Source: Spirochaetota bacterium (lineage in GTDB: Bacteria; Spirochaetota; UBA4802; JAFGDQ01). From it: 64,000 nt of DNA. The stretch is taken from the NCBI GenBank assembly GCA_043803405.1, contig JAZDKB010000015.1, positions 1-64,000 on the forward strand, read 5' to 3'. How positions within the stretch are numbered: position 1 is the stretch's first letter; each line of letters starts with the position of its first letter. Position numbers and translations under genes: made by a program. The notes under the pieces were generated by a model. That model was not told where the DNA came from. It was given only the letters and a program-made list of their open reading frames with translations, and did not search any database. Of the stretch, positions 1-10,066 are shown piece after piece.

Positions 1-287
1 TAAATATTATATTATTTATTTTTTAGAACTTTATTATATAAATCAATTTATTTAAAAATAACATTCTTTTATAAATTTATATAAAAAATAAGCCATTTTT
101 AGTTTTTTTCTTGATTTTTCAATAAAATTATTATACTTTGTATATTAATATAGCATCTCATTCTTTTGTACAAACTGCAATTTTAAAAAAGATTTAATGT
201 TTTGCTTCATAAAACTGCTGCTTTTTTAGTTTTCATACAGATAAAACCCATCAAAGTTTAAAGGCAGTAAAAATAAAATAATTTTAC

Positions 288-339
288 TTGACAACTTTTT
301 ATACTATATTTTATCATTTTTTTTGTATCATACAAAAAA
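288..339 (+). promoter_or_regulatory. Putative sigma70 promoter with overlapping palindromic operator upstream of PadR gene
   Basis: TTGACA (288-293), 18 nt, TATCAT (312-317); perfect inverted repeat TTTTTTGTAT-C-ATACAAAAAA (319-339). Confidence 0.5.
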
Positions 340-366
340 TTAAATTTACTCATAGGAGATTATAAA

Positions 367-822
367 ATGAAGACGGATTTAGTCATTTTAGGCCTGATTG
401 ACAGGAACATTCAAAGCGGTTATGATATCATGAAACAGCTGAAAAAGCTGACCGTTAAGAATGCCAATATCAAATTCGGGTCTATCTATCACGCCCTAAA
501 AAAAAGTACGGATAACGGCTGGATTAAAAAAACCGGCTCAACCCGCGACGGAGGAAATCCCGAAAAACACATATATAAAATCACTCCGGAAGGCAAAAAA
601 CACTTAAAAAAGGCTGCAAGAAGGTATTTTAGCGATAAAGATGTATTTTTTGATGCTGATTTAACACTTATGGTTCTTGATGAATTAGATGAAGAATCTA
701 TTGAGGAAAGAGTTCAGGTAGTTAAGGATAAACTTGCTTCAATAACAGTAAAAGACAGTTTGTATTTACGTTATATAGAACATCATTTAAAAGCAGAATT
801 AGCCTGGTTAAAAACGCTTTAG
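367..822 (+). CDS. PadR family transcriptional regulator
   Basis: ILGL..SGYDI..GSIYHALKK...KHIYKITPEG winged-helix pattern; SD AGGAG. Confidence 0.9.
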   Translation: MKTDLVILGLIDRNIQSGYDIMKQLKKLTVKNANIKFGSIYHALKKSTDNGWIKKTGSTRDGGNPEKHIYKITPEGKKHLKKAARRYFSDKDVFFDADLTLMVLDELDEESIEERVQVVKDKLASITVKDSLYLRYIEHHLKAELAWLKTL

Positions 823-851
823 TCTATTTATATAAGCATTAAGTGAAATAA

Positions 852-895
852 TAAGGCAACATCTGTTTAAACAGCAGATATTGCCTTAGTTTTTT
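852..895 (+). terminator. Intrinsic terminator between convergent padR and engB
   Basis: TAAGGCAACATCTG / CAGATATTGCCTTA stem followed by GTTTTTT. Confidence 0.75.
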
Positions 896-903
896 AAATC
901 AAT

Positions 904-1488
904 TCACATTATACTGTATTCTTCAATCAGTTTATGAATCTCCCTCTTCCCCTCCGATGTTTTTGAAGATGAAAAAAAAACAGAATCCGTATCAATATCG
1001 AATTCTTTTGCTATTTTGGCAGCATTCATTTTTCTCTGACTTTTTGAAAGTTTATCGCATTTTGTAGCTATAATAGCAACCGGTTTCTCTTTATCTGCAA
1101 GTAAAGTTACAATATCTCTTTCAATATCGCCCGGAGTTCTTCTAATATCCACCAGTAAAAACGTTAATTTTAAGTTATTCCTGTTTTTAATATAATCATT
1201 TATAAGCGGCAGAAACTTATTTTTAATGTTTTTAGGAAGTTCTGCATAACCGAAACCGGGCATATCTGCAATTGAGATGCTATCGTTAATCAAAAAAAAA
1301 TTAACCAGCTTTGTTACTCCTGGTTTAGAGCCTGTCTTTACAAGGGATTTTCGTCCTGTAATCATATTGATTAACGAGGATTTGCCTGTGTTTGACCTGC
1401 CGAAAAATGCAAACTCCGGGTAGGTGAACTCAGGAAAATCTATAATTTTAGATGCACTTTTTAAAAATCTGACGTCTTTAATTTTCAT
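904..1488 (-). CDS. engB: Ribosome biogenesis GTPase EngB/YihA/YsxC
   Basis: GRSNTGKSS (G1), DMPGFGY (G3), TKCDK (G4). Confidence 0.95.
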   Translation of the reverse strand: MKIKDVRFLKSASKIIDFPEFTYPEFAFFGRSNTGKSSLINMITGRKSLVKTGSKPGVTKLVNFFLINDSISIADMPGFGYAELPKNIKNKFLPLINDYIKNRNNLKLTFLLVDIRRTPGDIERDIVTLLADKEKPVAIIATKCDKLSKSQRKMNAAKIAKEFDIDTDSVFFSSSKTSEGKREIHKLIEEYSIM

Positions 1489-1499
1489 TATACTGACTA

Positions 1500-1940
1500 T
1501 TATCTCAATTTCTTCTCAATAAGTATGGCATTGTCATCGGGATAATAATTCTTTCTCATCCCGTTTTCAATAAAACCCAGTTTTTTATAGAAACTTCTCG
1601 CTTCTATACTTTTCTCCCTTACTTCAAGGAGAATAACGGACGCGGCTTTAAAATTGTTTATTATATGGGCAACCAATGCCCGTGCTATTCCGCGTTTTCT
1701 GAAACCGGATGAAACTGCTAATTTAAGCAGATGTATCTCATCCCCTACTACAAGCCATGAAAGTGCGTATCCTACGATTTCTCCGTCAAGTTCGGCAACA
1801 ATAAAATGTGAATTCGGCGATGAAAGTTCGCTCAGTAATCCTTCAATACTCCACGAGGATTTAAATGATTCCTTTTCTATTTTTAAAATGCTGTCTATTT
1901 CGCCGGGCTCTGCAGCGCTAATTTTGCAATCAATGTTCAC
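1500..1940 (-). CDS. rimI: Ribosomal-protein-alanine N-acetyltransferase
   Basis: GNAT motif LAV..FRKRGIA, LEVR, RKNYY. Confidence 0.88.
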   Translation of the reverse strand: MNIDCKISAAEPGEIDSILKIEKESFKSSWSIEGLLSELSSPNSHFIVAELDGEIVGYALSWLVVGDEIHLLKLAVSSGFRKRGIARALVAHIINNFKAASVILLEVREKSIEARSFYKKLGFIENGMRKNYYPDDNAILIEKKLR

Positions 1941-1960
1941 GTATTTATTGTAAAATATAA

Positions 1961-3799
1961 TTATGAACGGTCTTCAGGAAGAATTCTTACTGCTCCTTTG
2001 TCCGCCGATGCGGCAAGCATTGAGTAAACCTGAAGCGCTTTTGATATTTTTCTTTTCCGTCCTGCAGGCGTAAACGCCTTTTTCCCTTTTGCTCGCTCCT
2101 TTTTACGTCGGGCATCCAGTTCTGCTTTCGACAGCTTAACATTTATTTTCCTGCCTGGAATATCGATCTCAATAACATCGCCGTTCTGTATAAGGGCTAT
2201 CTCTCCGCCGGAAGCGGCTTCAGGGGAAACATGGCCTATTGAAAGGCCCGCAGTGCCACCGGAAAAACGGCCGTCTGTAACCAGCGCACAATCCTTTCCA
2301 AGACCCATTGAGTTGATGTAAGAAGTAGGATATAGCATTTCCTGCATCCCCGGGCCTCCTTTTGGTCCTTCATATCTGATGATAATTACATCGCCAGCCT
2401 TAATTTTACCTGCCAGAATAGCCTCGCTTGCTTTCTCCTGAGAAAAAAATACCTTTGCTTTTCCGCTGAATTTATAAATACTCGGATCAACTCCGGCAGT
2501 CTTTACCACCGATCCGTCCCTGGCAATATTGCCGTACAGAACGGCCAGTCCTCCGTCTTTATTGTAAGCATGAGCAATATCCCTTACGCATCCGGTTGCC
2601 CTGTCAGTATCCAACTCATTATGCATTACCGATTGCGATCCGAGAACGAGCGAGCGCACGCCCGCCGGTGCGCTTTTATAAATGTTTATAGCTTCTTCTG
2701 AAACCGTGCTTCTCATAATGTCGTACTTATCGAGAATACTGCCTGTAGTGCCGTCAACGCGCTTTGCGCTTCGGTCGATAAGCCCTGCCCTGTCAAGTTC
2801 GCCCATGATAGAAAGAATCCCGCCTGCGCGGTTTACATCCTCCACATGAAAATCTGAACTGGGTGCCACTTTGCAAAGATTCGGAATTTTGCGCGAAAGA
2901 GCATCAATATCCTTCATTTTAAAATTGACGCCTGCTTCCTGCGCTATTGCGAGAAGATGAAGGACAGTATTTGTAGAACCGCCCATTGCAATATCCAGTG
3001 ACATCGCATTCATAAAAGCTTTCTTTTCCGCTATGGATTTTGGGAGGACGGATTCATCGCCTTTATCATAATAGATTTCGGCCATTTCTATAATGCGTCT
3101 GGCAGCTTTCTCGAATAGTTTAAGCCTGTTTACATGAGTAGCAACAACGGTTCCGTTTCCGGGTAAAGCCATACCGAGTGCTTCAGTGAGGCAGTTCATG
3201 GAATTTGCCGTAAACATTCCGGAACATGAACCGCATGTCGGGCAGGCTATTTTTTCTATCTCTTCAATCTTGCTGTCCGGTATATTCGGATCAGCAGCCA
3301 TTACCATTGCATCGATCAAATCGTATTTTTCGCCGTTTAAAACGCCTGCTTCCATAGGTCCGCCGGAAACAAATATAGTGGGAATGTTAAGTCTCATAGA
3401 AGCCATAAGCATACCGGGAATTATTTTGTCACAGTTGGGAATACAAATCATGGCATCAATTCTGTGCGCGTTGCACATGTATTCAACACTGTCAGCTATT
3501 AAATCACGGGAAGGAAGCGAATAAAGCATGCCCTCGTGTCCCATTGCTATGCCGTCGTCAATAGCGATTGTATTAAATTCGGCTGCAAAACAGCCGAGAT
3601 TTTCTATTATTTCTTTAACATGCTGTCCTATTTTATGCAAATGAACATGTCCGGGTACAAGCTGTGTGAATGAATTTACGACTGCGATTATCGGTTTTCC
3701 GAATTGCGAGTCCTTCATTCCGTTTGCGCGCCATAAACTCCTTGCACCTGCCATTCGGCGTCCCTGAGTACTTAGATTGCTTCTTAGTGGTATTGACAT
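1961..3799 (-). CDS. ilvD: Dihydroxy-acid dehydratase
   Basis: [49 protein letters not shown]. Confidence 0.97.
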   Translation of the reverse strand: MSIPLRSNLSTQGRRMAGARSLWRANGMKDSQFGKPIIAVVNSFTQLVPGHVHLHKIGQHVKEIIENLGCFAAEFNTIAIDDGIAMGHEGMLYSLPSRDLIADSVEYMCNAHRIDAMICIPNCDKIIPGMLMASMRLNIPTIFVSGGPMEAGVLNGEKYDLIDAMVMAADPNIPDSKIEEIEKIACPTCGSCSGMFTANSMNCLTEALGMALPGNGTVVATHVNRLKLFEKAARRIIEMAEIYYDKGDESVLPKSIAEKKAFMNAMSLDIAMGGSTNTVLHLLAIAQEAGVNFKMKDIDALSRKIPNLCKVAPSSDFHVEDVNRAGGILSIMGELDRAGLIDRSAKRVDGTTGSILDKYDIMRSTVSEEAINIYKSAPAGVRSLVLGSQSVMHNELDTDRATGCVRDIAHAYNKDGGLAVLYGNIARDGSVVKTAGVDPSIYKFSGKAKVFFSQEKASEAILAGKIKAGDVIIIRYEGPKGGPGMQEMLYPTSYINSMGLGKDCALVTDGRFSGGTAGLSIGHVSPEAASGGEIALIQNGDVIEIDIPGRKINVKLSKAELDARRKKERAKGKKAFTPAGRKRKISKALQVYSMLAASADKGAVRILPEDRS

Positions 3800-3820
3800 A
3801 TAAACTTACTCCTGATTTAA

Positions 3821-4027
3821 CTACATTTCATCTCAAAATTAGGTTTTTGAGTTTTATAAGCCGGAATACATTACAAAATTTATGAGGACGCCTTTCAGAC
3901 CTGATGTAATTGCCCTCGAAAACATATAAAATAACCAGGAAGGTCTGATTCCGGAGTAAATTTTATAATGTATTCCGGTTTAGTGCCAGTTATTCATCTA
4001 TATTAATATTTTTGAGATGACTTGTAA
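3821..4027. repeat. MITE/REP-like element with nested inverted repeats
   Basis: Outer CATCTCAAAA / TTTTGAGATG; 25-bp imperfect IR 3858-3882 / 3957-3981; inner TCAGACCT / AGGTCTGA; left end resembles element at 30346-30390. Confidence 0.6.
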
Positions 4028-4222
4028 TATTAGTATTCGTTGAAAAAACTTTCAAATATACCCTAAAAAAAATCAAGATAAAAAATACGAAATATATATG
4101 AATTGAATCCTCAGGTTTTCAATATAATTTTTAAATGATATTGACTTTTTACCGGAACTGTTTATTTTATTATGTAATTTTAGAAATGGAAAAATGCTGT
4201 TACATACTATAATCTGGATGCT

Positions 4223-4621
4223 ATGAAATTACGTATTTTAACTTGCCATATTTTATTATTCTTAGCTGCCGGTATTTTGCGCGTATTTGCTGAACAACCT
4301 GCGAATATTCTGCTTAACGATATTATTGCTGATATTAACACTTACAGAAATAAAACAATAACTTTAAAATTAAAACTGAAAAACCTGGACAGTGTTTTCG
4401 ATAAAATTACATTTTATGATAAAAAAAACATAGATATTATTTTTGATGTATCTGAGCTGAAAAAAGATATAAGGTATCAAAAACAAGTATTGAATCTTCA
4501 TGAAGGATTGGATTATTCAGTTACATTTACAGTGAAGGAATTAACTGAAAAAAACAATTTAATGGGATCTCTGATCAGCTTCCAGCCTGTAATATTGTCA
4601 AATTTACCAATGCCAAAGTAA
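4223..4621 (+). CDS. Exported hypothetical protein (possible OB-fold)
   Basis: 132-aa ORF with N-terminal signal-like hydrophobic stretch. Confidence 0.65.
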   Translation: MKLRILTCHILLFLAAGILRVFAEQPANILLNDIIADINTYRNKTITLKLKLKNLDSVFDKITFYDKKNIDIIFDVSELKKDIRYQKQVLNLHEGLDYSVTFTVKELTEKNNLMGSLISFQPVILSNLPMPK

Positions 4622-4636
4622 GCGGGTTAAAAAAAC

Positions 4637-4675
4637 AAAAAAGGCAGAATAGCTGGGCTGCTATTCTGCCTTTTT
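4637..4675. terminator. Bidirectional intrinsic terminator
   Basis: Perfect 11-bp stem GGCAGAATAGC/GCTATTCTGCC with A-tract before and T-tract after. Confidence 0.85.
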
Positions 4676-4749
4676 GAAAAACTAAATCGCAGCGCCAAGA
4701 TTGCAATACAGTAATAATCGGGAGGGAATTACTATATTGCTACTTGTTG
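4637..4749 (-). ncRNA. Candidate sigma28-dependent small RNA (~115 nt)
   Basis: Lies between a consensus sigma28 promoter and a terminator; no ATG ORF; hairpin 4703-4740 exposing UCCCUCCC. Confidence 0.5.
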
Positions 4750-4755
4750 TTGTAT

Positions 4756-4783
4756 TTATCGGCATTTTTAATAAAAAACTTTA
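4756..4783 (-). promoter_or_regulatory. sigma28 (FliA/SigD) promoter
   Basis: TAAAGTTT...GCCGATAA, i.e. TAAA-N16-GCCGATAA on the minus strand. Confidence 0.7.
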
Positions 4784-4882
4784 ACAAACTTTGGCTAATA
4801 TCAAAACAAAACTAAAAATTTAAATTGAAACCACAGAAGATATTACTTGTACAAAAAAATAAAATATGTTTAATTATAAAGC

Positions 4883-5821
4883 ATGAAAGAAAATAAGACA
4901 GGTATCGTAAGCAAGGCCTTTGGTTTATTCTATGCTGTAAAATATAATAATGAATTTATTAATTGTGTAATTAGAGGTAAAATCAGGCAAAGCAAAGAAC
5001 TAAAAAAGTATTCAGATCCTGTTGCAGTAGGAGACATAGTTGATATTAGTATAAATGATGACGGAACAGGGGTTATTAATCAAATATTATCCCGAAAAAA
5101 TATTTTTTCAAGAAAAGAAAAGGGAAGAAATAAAAAAGAAGATATTATTGCATGCAACCTTGATCTGGTTGCAATTGTTCAGGCTTTTAAAAACCCCAGG
5201 CTTAACCTGCGCTTTATTGACAGACTTATTATAAGGTGCGAAAAAGAAAAAATACCTGTCTTAGTCTGCATTAATAAATCCGATCTAGCGGATAAAGAAA
5301 TCATTAAATACATTAACGATTATTATTATAATGCAAAAATAAAATTATTGCTAACCAGCAGCGTTTCCGGTGAAGGAATGCAGGAGCTGAAAAATTGTTT
5401 ATCAGGTAAAACAAGTCTCCTTGTAGGGAGCTCCGGCGTAGGTAAAACTAGTATTTTGAATTATCTTAGCCCTGAATTAAACCTGAGAGTTTCCGAGATT
5501 TCCAAAAGCACAAATAAAGGGCGCCATACTACGGCAAATGCCGAAATGGTTTATTTATCTGATAATATTACTATTATTGATACTCCGGGAGTAAGGGAAT
5601 TCGGATTGATGGATATTGAACCGCATATGCTTGGATACTATTTCAGCGAATTCAACGATTATCTTGATAAATGCATCTATAATCCCTGTACGCACGATCA
5701 CGAACCTGAATGTGAAGTAAAAAAGCAGGTTGAGAACGGCACAATATTTAAAGACAGGTATGTATCTTATTTGAATATTCTTAACTCATTAAAAGAATAT
5801 TACAGGATGAAATACAAATGA
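4883..5821 (+). CDS. rsgA: Ribosome small subunit-dependent GTPase A
   Basis: Circularly permuted GTPase (NKSD, GSSGVGKTS, GRHTT, DTPG) and C-terminal CxxxxCxHxxEPxC Zn site. Confidence 0.96.
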   Translation: MKENKTGIVSKAFGLFYAVKYNNEFINCVIRGKIRQSKELKKYSDPVAVGDIVDISINDDGTGVINQILSRKNIFSRKEKGRNKKEDIIACNLDLVAIVQAFKNPRLNLRFIDRLIIRCEKEKIPVLVCINKSDLADKEIIKYINDYYYNAKIKLLLTSSVSGEGMQELKNCLSGKTSLLVGSSGVGKTSILNYLSPELNLRVSEISKSTNKGRHTTANAEMVYLSDNITIIDTPGVREFGLMDIEPHMLGYYFSEFNDYLDKCIYNPCTHDHEPECEVKKQVENGTIFKDRYVSYLNILNSLKEYYRMKYK

Positions 5822-6567
5822 TAACCATAGAAAATTTATCAATTTCATTTGAAAATAGAATTATAATCAATAATATAAACATGAATATTGATTCCGGAAA
5901 AACTCTGGTAGTTTTCGGTAAAAACGGCTCAGGAAAATCGGTTTTGTTAAAGGCAATTGCCGGACTTATACGCGATTACAGCGGTTCAATCAAGATCAAC
6001 GAAACCGATATAAAAAATTTTTATGACGATAGCGGATCTTTTAACTCAGAACATTCTTCAATGGCCTATGTATTCCAAAAAGGCGGATTATTTGATTCAA
6101 TGGATGTATTTGAAAATGTCGCTTTCCCTTTACGCAGAAAAAGGATTAAGGAAGATATGATAGCTCAGGCTGTAAACAATGCCTTAAACAGAGTCGGATT
6201 ATCCGGCAATGAAAAAAAGTTCCCTTCGGAGTTGAGCGGAGGAATGCAGAAACGGGTGGGACTTGCGCGCGCAATATGTGTTAACCCGGATATTATCCTG
6301 TACGATGATCCTACTGCGGGTCTTGATCCGATACTTTCGGACTCTATAAGCGATATTATTAGCGAAATCAAGAACTCCAATAAATGCACATCGCTGGTTG
6401 TGACACACGATATCAAAGTAGCTCAAAAAGTTGCAGATGAAATTGCATTAATTTACAAAGGAGAATTAGCGTTCACAGGATCGAATAACGATTTCTTTAG
6501 CGGAAATAATACGTTTGCCCGTCAGTTCATTGAAGCAAAACTGGACGGGCCTATTGATATTTACTAG
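5818..6567 (+). CDS. ABC transporter ATP-binding protein, MlaF/Mkl-like
   Basis: GKNGSGKS, LSGGMQKRVGLARA, YDDPTAGLDP. Confidence 0.85.
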   Translation: MITIENLSISFENRIIINNINMNIDSGKTLVVFGKNGSGKSVLLKAIAGLIRDYSGSIKINETDIKNFYDDSGSFNSEHSSMAYVFQKGGLFDSMDVFENVAFPLRRKRIKEDMIAQAVNNALNRVGLSGNEKKFPSELSGGMQKRVGLARAICVNPDIILYDDPTAGLDPILSDSISDIISEIKNSNKCTSLVVTHDIKVAQKVADEIALIYKGELAFTGSNNDFFSGNNTFARQFIEAKLDGPIDIY

Positions 6568-6626
6568 TACTCATTTTAAAAAAAATTTTTGTTGAAAAAT
6601 TTATTAAGATAATAATAGTCTGCTCC

Positions 6627-6947
6627 ATGCCTTTTGAACAGAGAAAAAACAGCCGGATAAAAGTATCGGGAGATTTTTACTATTATCCTAATAGAAAGAA
6701 AAAAAAAATAAAGTGCAAACTGGATAATATTTCAGTTACAGGTGCGTGTATAACCACTGATGAGAAAATAGAGAAAGAAGATATTATCTATCTTCAGATA
6801 AACGGTTTTAATAATAAGGCATTAAAATCAAAAGCTGTGTGGAAAATTGACAATCAATATGGCATTCAATTTTTTCTTGATTCCAATAATGAATTTGAAA
6901 CTATAAGCCATGTTATGAATAATATAATGAATAAAAACGGGCAATAA
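6627..6947 (+). CDS. Stand-alone PilZ domain protein
   Basis: RxxxR (QRKNSR) and NISVTG motifs. Confidence 0.85.
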   Translation: MPFEQRKNSRIKVSGDFYYYPNRKKKKIKCKLDNISVTGACITTDEKIEKEDIIYLQINGFNNKALKSKAVWKIDNQYGIQFFLDSNNEFETISHVMNNIMNKNGQ

Positions 6948-6948
6948 T

Positions 6949-7986
6949 ATGATAAGCAATAAAGTAAAAAAAGCCGATCTTGACTGGAAAAATCTTCCTT
7001 TTAACTATGTCAAAACGGACTATAATGTTCGCTGCTATTATAAAGACGGCAAATGGTCCGGACCGGAATTAACTGCTGACGAAACAATTCAGATGCACAT
7101 GGCAGATCCTTGTCTGCACTATGGCCAGGAGGCATTTGAAGGTTTAAAGGTTTTCGAAACAGCCGACAGACGGATAGTATCATTCAGACCGGAAGAAAAT
7201 GCGAAAAGACTACAAAGCTCAAGCGAACATATTTTAATTCCTAAGCTTCCGGTCGGGATGTTCATTGAAGCTCTTCATAAGCTTGTTGCGGCGAATGCAA
7301 AATACGTCCCGCCGTTCGGCACAGGCGCCAGTATGTACGTAAGGCCTCTGGTGATCGGGAAAGGAGCGCAGGTCGGGCTGGGCCCTGCCAAAGAATATTT
7401 ATTCGTTATGTTCGGCTGCCCGGTTGGTCCTTACTATAAAGGCGGTTTTAAGCCGGTTAAAGCGCTCGTAATAGAAGATTTCGACAGAGCGGCTCCACTG
7501 GGAGTTGGAGCATTTAAAGTCGGCGGCAATTATGCTGCAGGACTCCTAGGCAATGAATTTGCAAAAAAGAAAGGATATCCGATAGTCCTTTATCTTGATC
7601 CTAAAGAAAAAAAATATATAGATGAATTCGGCACATCTAATTTCATCGGCATATTGGGAAATAGATATATTACCCCGGATTCAAAATCGATTTTACCCAG
7701 CATTACGAATAATAGTCTGTCTATAATAGCAAAAGATATGGGTCTGACAATAGAAAAACGCCGGATTGATATTTCGGAAGTTGAAAACTTTGACGAAATA
7801 GGCGCAGTAGGTACTGCAGCAGTAGTGACGCCTATACACATTATACATTACAGAGACAAAGACTTTATATTCGGCAGCGAAGAAAAAGCCGGTCCCGTAA
7901 TTACAAATCTTTATAACAGATTAACGGGGATTCAAAACGGTGAAGAGCCGGACAAATTCGGGTGGCTGGAACTGATTGAAATATAA
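6949..7986 (+). CDS. ilvE: Branched-chain amino acid aminotransferase
   Basis: LHYGQEAFEGLK, KVGGNYA, ILPSIT, GTAAVVTP. Confidence 0.95.
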   Translation: MISNKVKKADLDWKNLPFNYVKTDYNVRCYYKDGKWSGPELTADETIQMHMADPCLHYGQEAFEGLKVFETADRRIVSFRPEENAKRLQSSSEHILIPKLPVGMFIEALHKLVAANAKYVPPFGTGASMYVRPLVIGKGAQVGLGPAKEYLFVMFGCPVGPYYKGGFKPVKALVIEDFDRAAPLGVGAFKVGGNYAAGLLGNEFAKKKGYPIVLYLDPKEKKYIDEFGTSNFIGILGNRYITPDSKSILPSITNNSLSIIAKDMGLTIEKRRIDISEVENFDEIGAVGTAAVVTPIHIIHYRDKDFIFGSEEKAGPVITNLYNRLTGIQNGEEPDKFGWLELIEI

Positions 7987-7994
7987 TAACCGTA

Positions 7995-8189
7995 TCAGGA
8001 TTTTACTACTCTTTCTGCCTGAGAAGCAAGATATTTCACAAGTGTCTGCTCGTTTATAAATCCGAGATTAATTAAAATAATTCCTATTAATCCGCCCTCT
8101 TCTTTCTGGACTTCGAGAGCTTTATCCAGCTGTTCCTGTGTTATTTCTCCGGCTTCAAGCAGCATCTGACCTAAAAGCGGTTTTGCCAT
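7995..8189 (-). CDS. Small stand-alone MshEN/GspE N-terminal-like protein
   Basis: Tandem LGxxLLxxGxI...LxxxLxxQ repeats; strong SD AGGAGG. Confidence 0.75.
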   Translation of the reverse strand: MAKPLLGQMLLEAGEITQEQLDKALEVQKEEGGLIGIILINLGFINEQTLVKYLASQAERVVKS

Positions 8190-8396
8190 CACTTTCCTCC
8201 TGAATAAACCGATATAAAAATTAAAAATTATTTATATTTCAGTTGACCATAATCATTTAATATATGATAAGACAAAAACTAATTAAAGTCAATTTAAAAA
8301 TATTGCATAGACTGTATATAGAGTAATATTTTTAAAAGTTGTTATAAAAACAACTGCTATTTTTATTTTTGTCTAAATAATTTACCGGAGAAAAAA

Positions 8397-9434
8397 ATGC
8401 TTTTCCTCAAGGATATATTCCATGGAAAAGAACTAATATTTATTGCGGAAATAGGGCTTAATCACAATGGAAATATCGATACAGCCAGAAAGATGATTAT
8501 AGAAGCCCGCAACGCAGGAGCTGATGCCGTAAAATTTCAGACATTTATTCCTGAAAACATGAATTCCGCATATACCGGTTCACTGATTAAATACGGTATT
8601 GAAAAAGAACCGACTAAAAATGAATATAACTTTTTTAAAAAATTCGTTCTTTCAAAAATTGAATATCATGAGTTGGCAAAACTGGCTTCAGAGTTAAATA
8701 TTGAATTTTTTTCCAGCCCATTTGATACAGAATCAGTTGACTTGCTGGAAGAGCTTAATGTAAAATTATATAAAATTGCCTCGTCAGAAGTAACAAATCA
8801 CATTCTTCTAGAAAGGATTGCCGCCACAAAAAAACCGGTAATTATGTCAACGGGTATTTCCAGTGAAAAAGAAATATCCATGGCAATTGATCTTCTTAAT
8901 AGAAAAGGGACGCCTGATGTCATACTTATGCACTGTGTATCTCTTTATCCTTTGCCGCCGGAAAACGCAAATTTAAAAAGGATCAATTCCCTAAGTAACA
9001 GATTCGGACTTGAGACCGGTTATTCAGATCATACAAAGGACAGCAAAACCTGCGAACTGGCGGCCGCATTAGGTTCAGGAATTTTCGAAAAGCATTTTAC
9101 TTTAAGCAAAGAACTAGATTGCCCGGACAAGGATATTTCTTTAACTCCTGCGGAATTTCAATGTTTAATTGAGTCGGTAAAGCTTGTTAAAAGCATAATC
9201 GGCAACGGCAAAATAGATTACGGCAATTCCGAAAAAGAGGTTGCCAGATTGGCGCGTAAAAGTCTTTTTGCTAAAAAAGACATTCATAAAGATGAACTGA
9301 TATCCTATAATAATGTTATTCCTAAAAGGCCCGGAATAGGAATACCGGCGTATGAGTTAAAAAATATTATTGGTAAAAAAGTAAATACAGAAATAAAAGA
9401 AGATTATTTATTACGAATGGAATTTTTTGATTAA
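8397..9434 (+). CDS. N-acetylneuraminate synthase family (NeuB/PseI/LegI) with C-terminal SAF domain
   Basis: IAEIGLNHNG, GADAVKFQ, HCVSLYP, GYSDHT, EKHFTL, KRPG. Confidence 0.92.
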   Translation: MLFLKDIFHGKELIFIAEIGLNHNGNIDTARKMIIEARNAGADAVKFQTFIPENMNSAYTGSLIKYGIEKEPTKNEYNFFKKFVLSKIEYHELAKLASELNIEFFSSPFDTESVDLLEELNVKLYKIASSEVTNHILLERIAATKKPVIMSTGISSEKEISMAIDLLNRKGTPDVILMHCVSLYPLPPENANLKRINSLSNRFGLETGYSDHTKDSKTCELAAALGSGIFEKHFTLSKELDCPDKDISLTPAEFQCLIESVKLVKSIIGNGKIDYGNSEKEVARLARKSLFAKKDIHKDELISYNNVIPKRPGIGIPAYELKNIIGKKVNTEIKEDYLLRMEFFD

Positions 9435-9979
9435 TGGGAGTTCAAATGACTTTGAGAAAAAGAATTAACCTGCTATTTATTATGATATTACTTGCGTGTC
9501 AATGCTCATTAATGGACATTAAAAATACAATATACTCTGATTCTGAATTTTTAATATTAGAGAAAACTTTAAATGCACTTGAATACGGACATGGATATGA
9601 TTACGAACTTGAAATGAATTATATATATTCATATTCGTACAGCAAAGACAGCATAGATAAAAAAGAAAAAGCTTTTGCGGAGATAATTAATAGTTCCAAT
9701 TTTAAAACCGTGCTTAATCTTTATGAAAAAATATTAAAATTACAGGCAATAACAAATTATAAAATAAATAAATACAAGACGGAATCAAAGTGGAAATATT
9801 TTACTTTTATAAAAAATGATCTTTTGGACCCTCTGAATAATTATTCAGTTCTTCTTTCGAAATACATAATTAAAAAAAATCCATCACTGACTCAGTTTTT
9901 TGAAATGAGGAAGAACTCAATTAATATTGAAATTGTTAAAGAATATACAAAGAAAGACGAGATTGTGGATACTTTTTAA
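9434..9979 (+). CDS. Hypothetical lipoprotein
   Basis: Hydrophobic N-terminus ending LLAC; overlaps upstream stop. Confidence 0.6.
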   Translation: MGVQMTLRKRINLLFIMILLACQCSLMDIKNTIYSDSEFLILEKTLNALEYGHGYDYELEMNYIYSYSYSKDSIDKKEKAFAEIINSSNFKTVLNLYEKILKLQAITNYKINKYKTESKWKYFTFIKNDLLDPLNNYSVLLSKYIIKKNPSLTQFFEMRKNSINIEIVKEYTKKDEIVDTF

Positions 9980-10066
9980 TGCAGAAAATATTATCATGTT
10001 GTAATGAATAGAATAAGGAATCCGGACTTATTTTTTAAACTTATATTTTAATTATTTTACCAGTTA

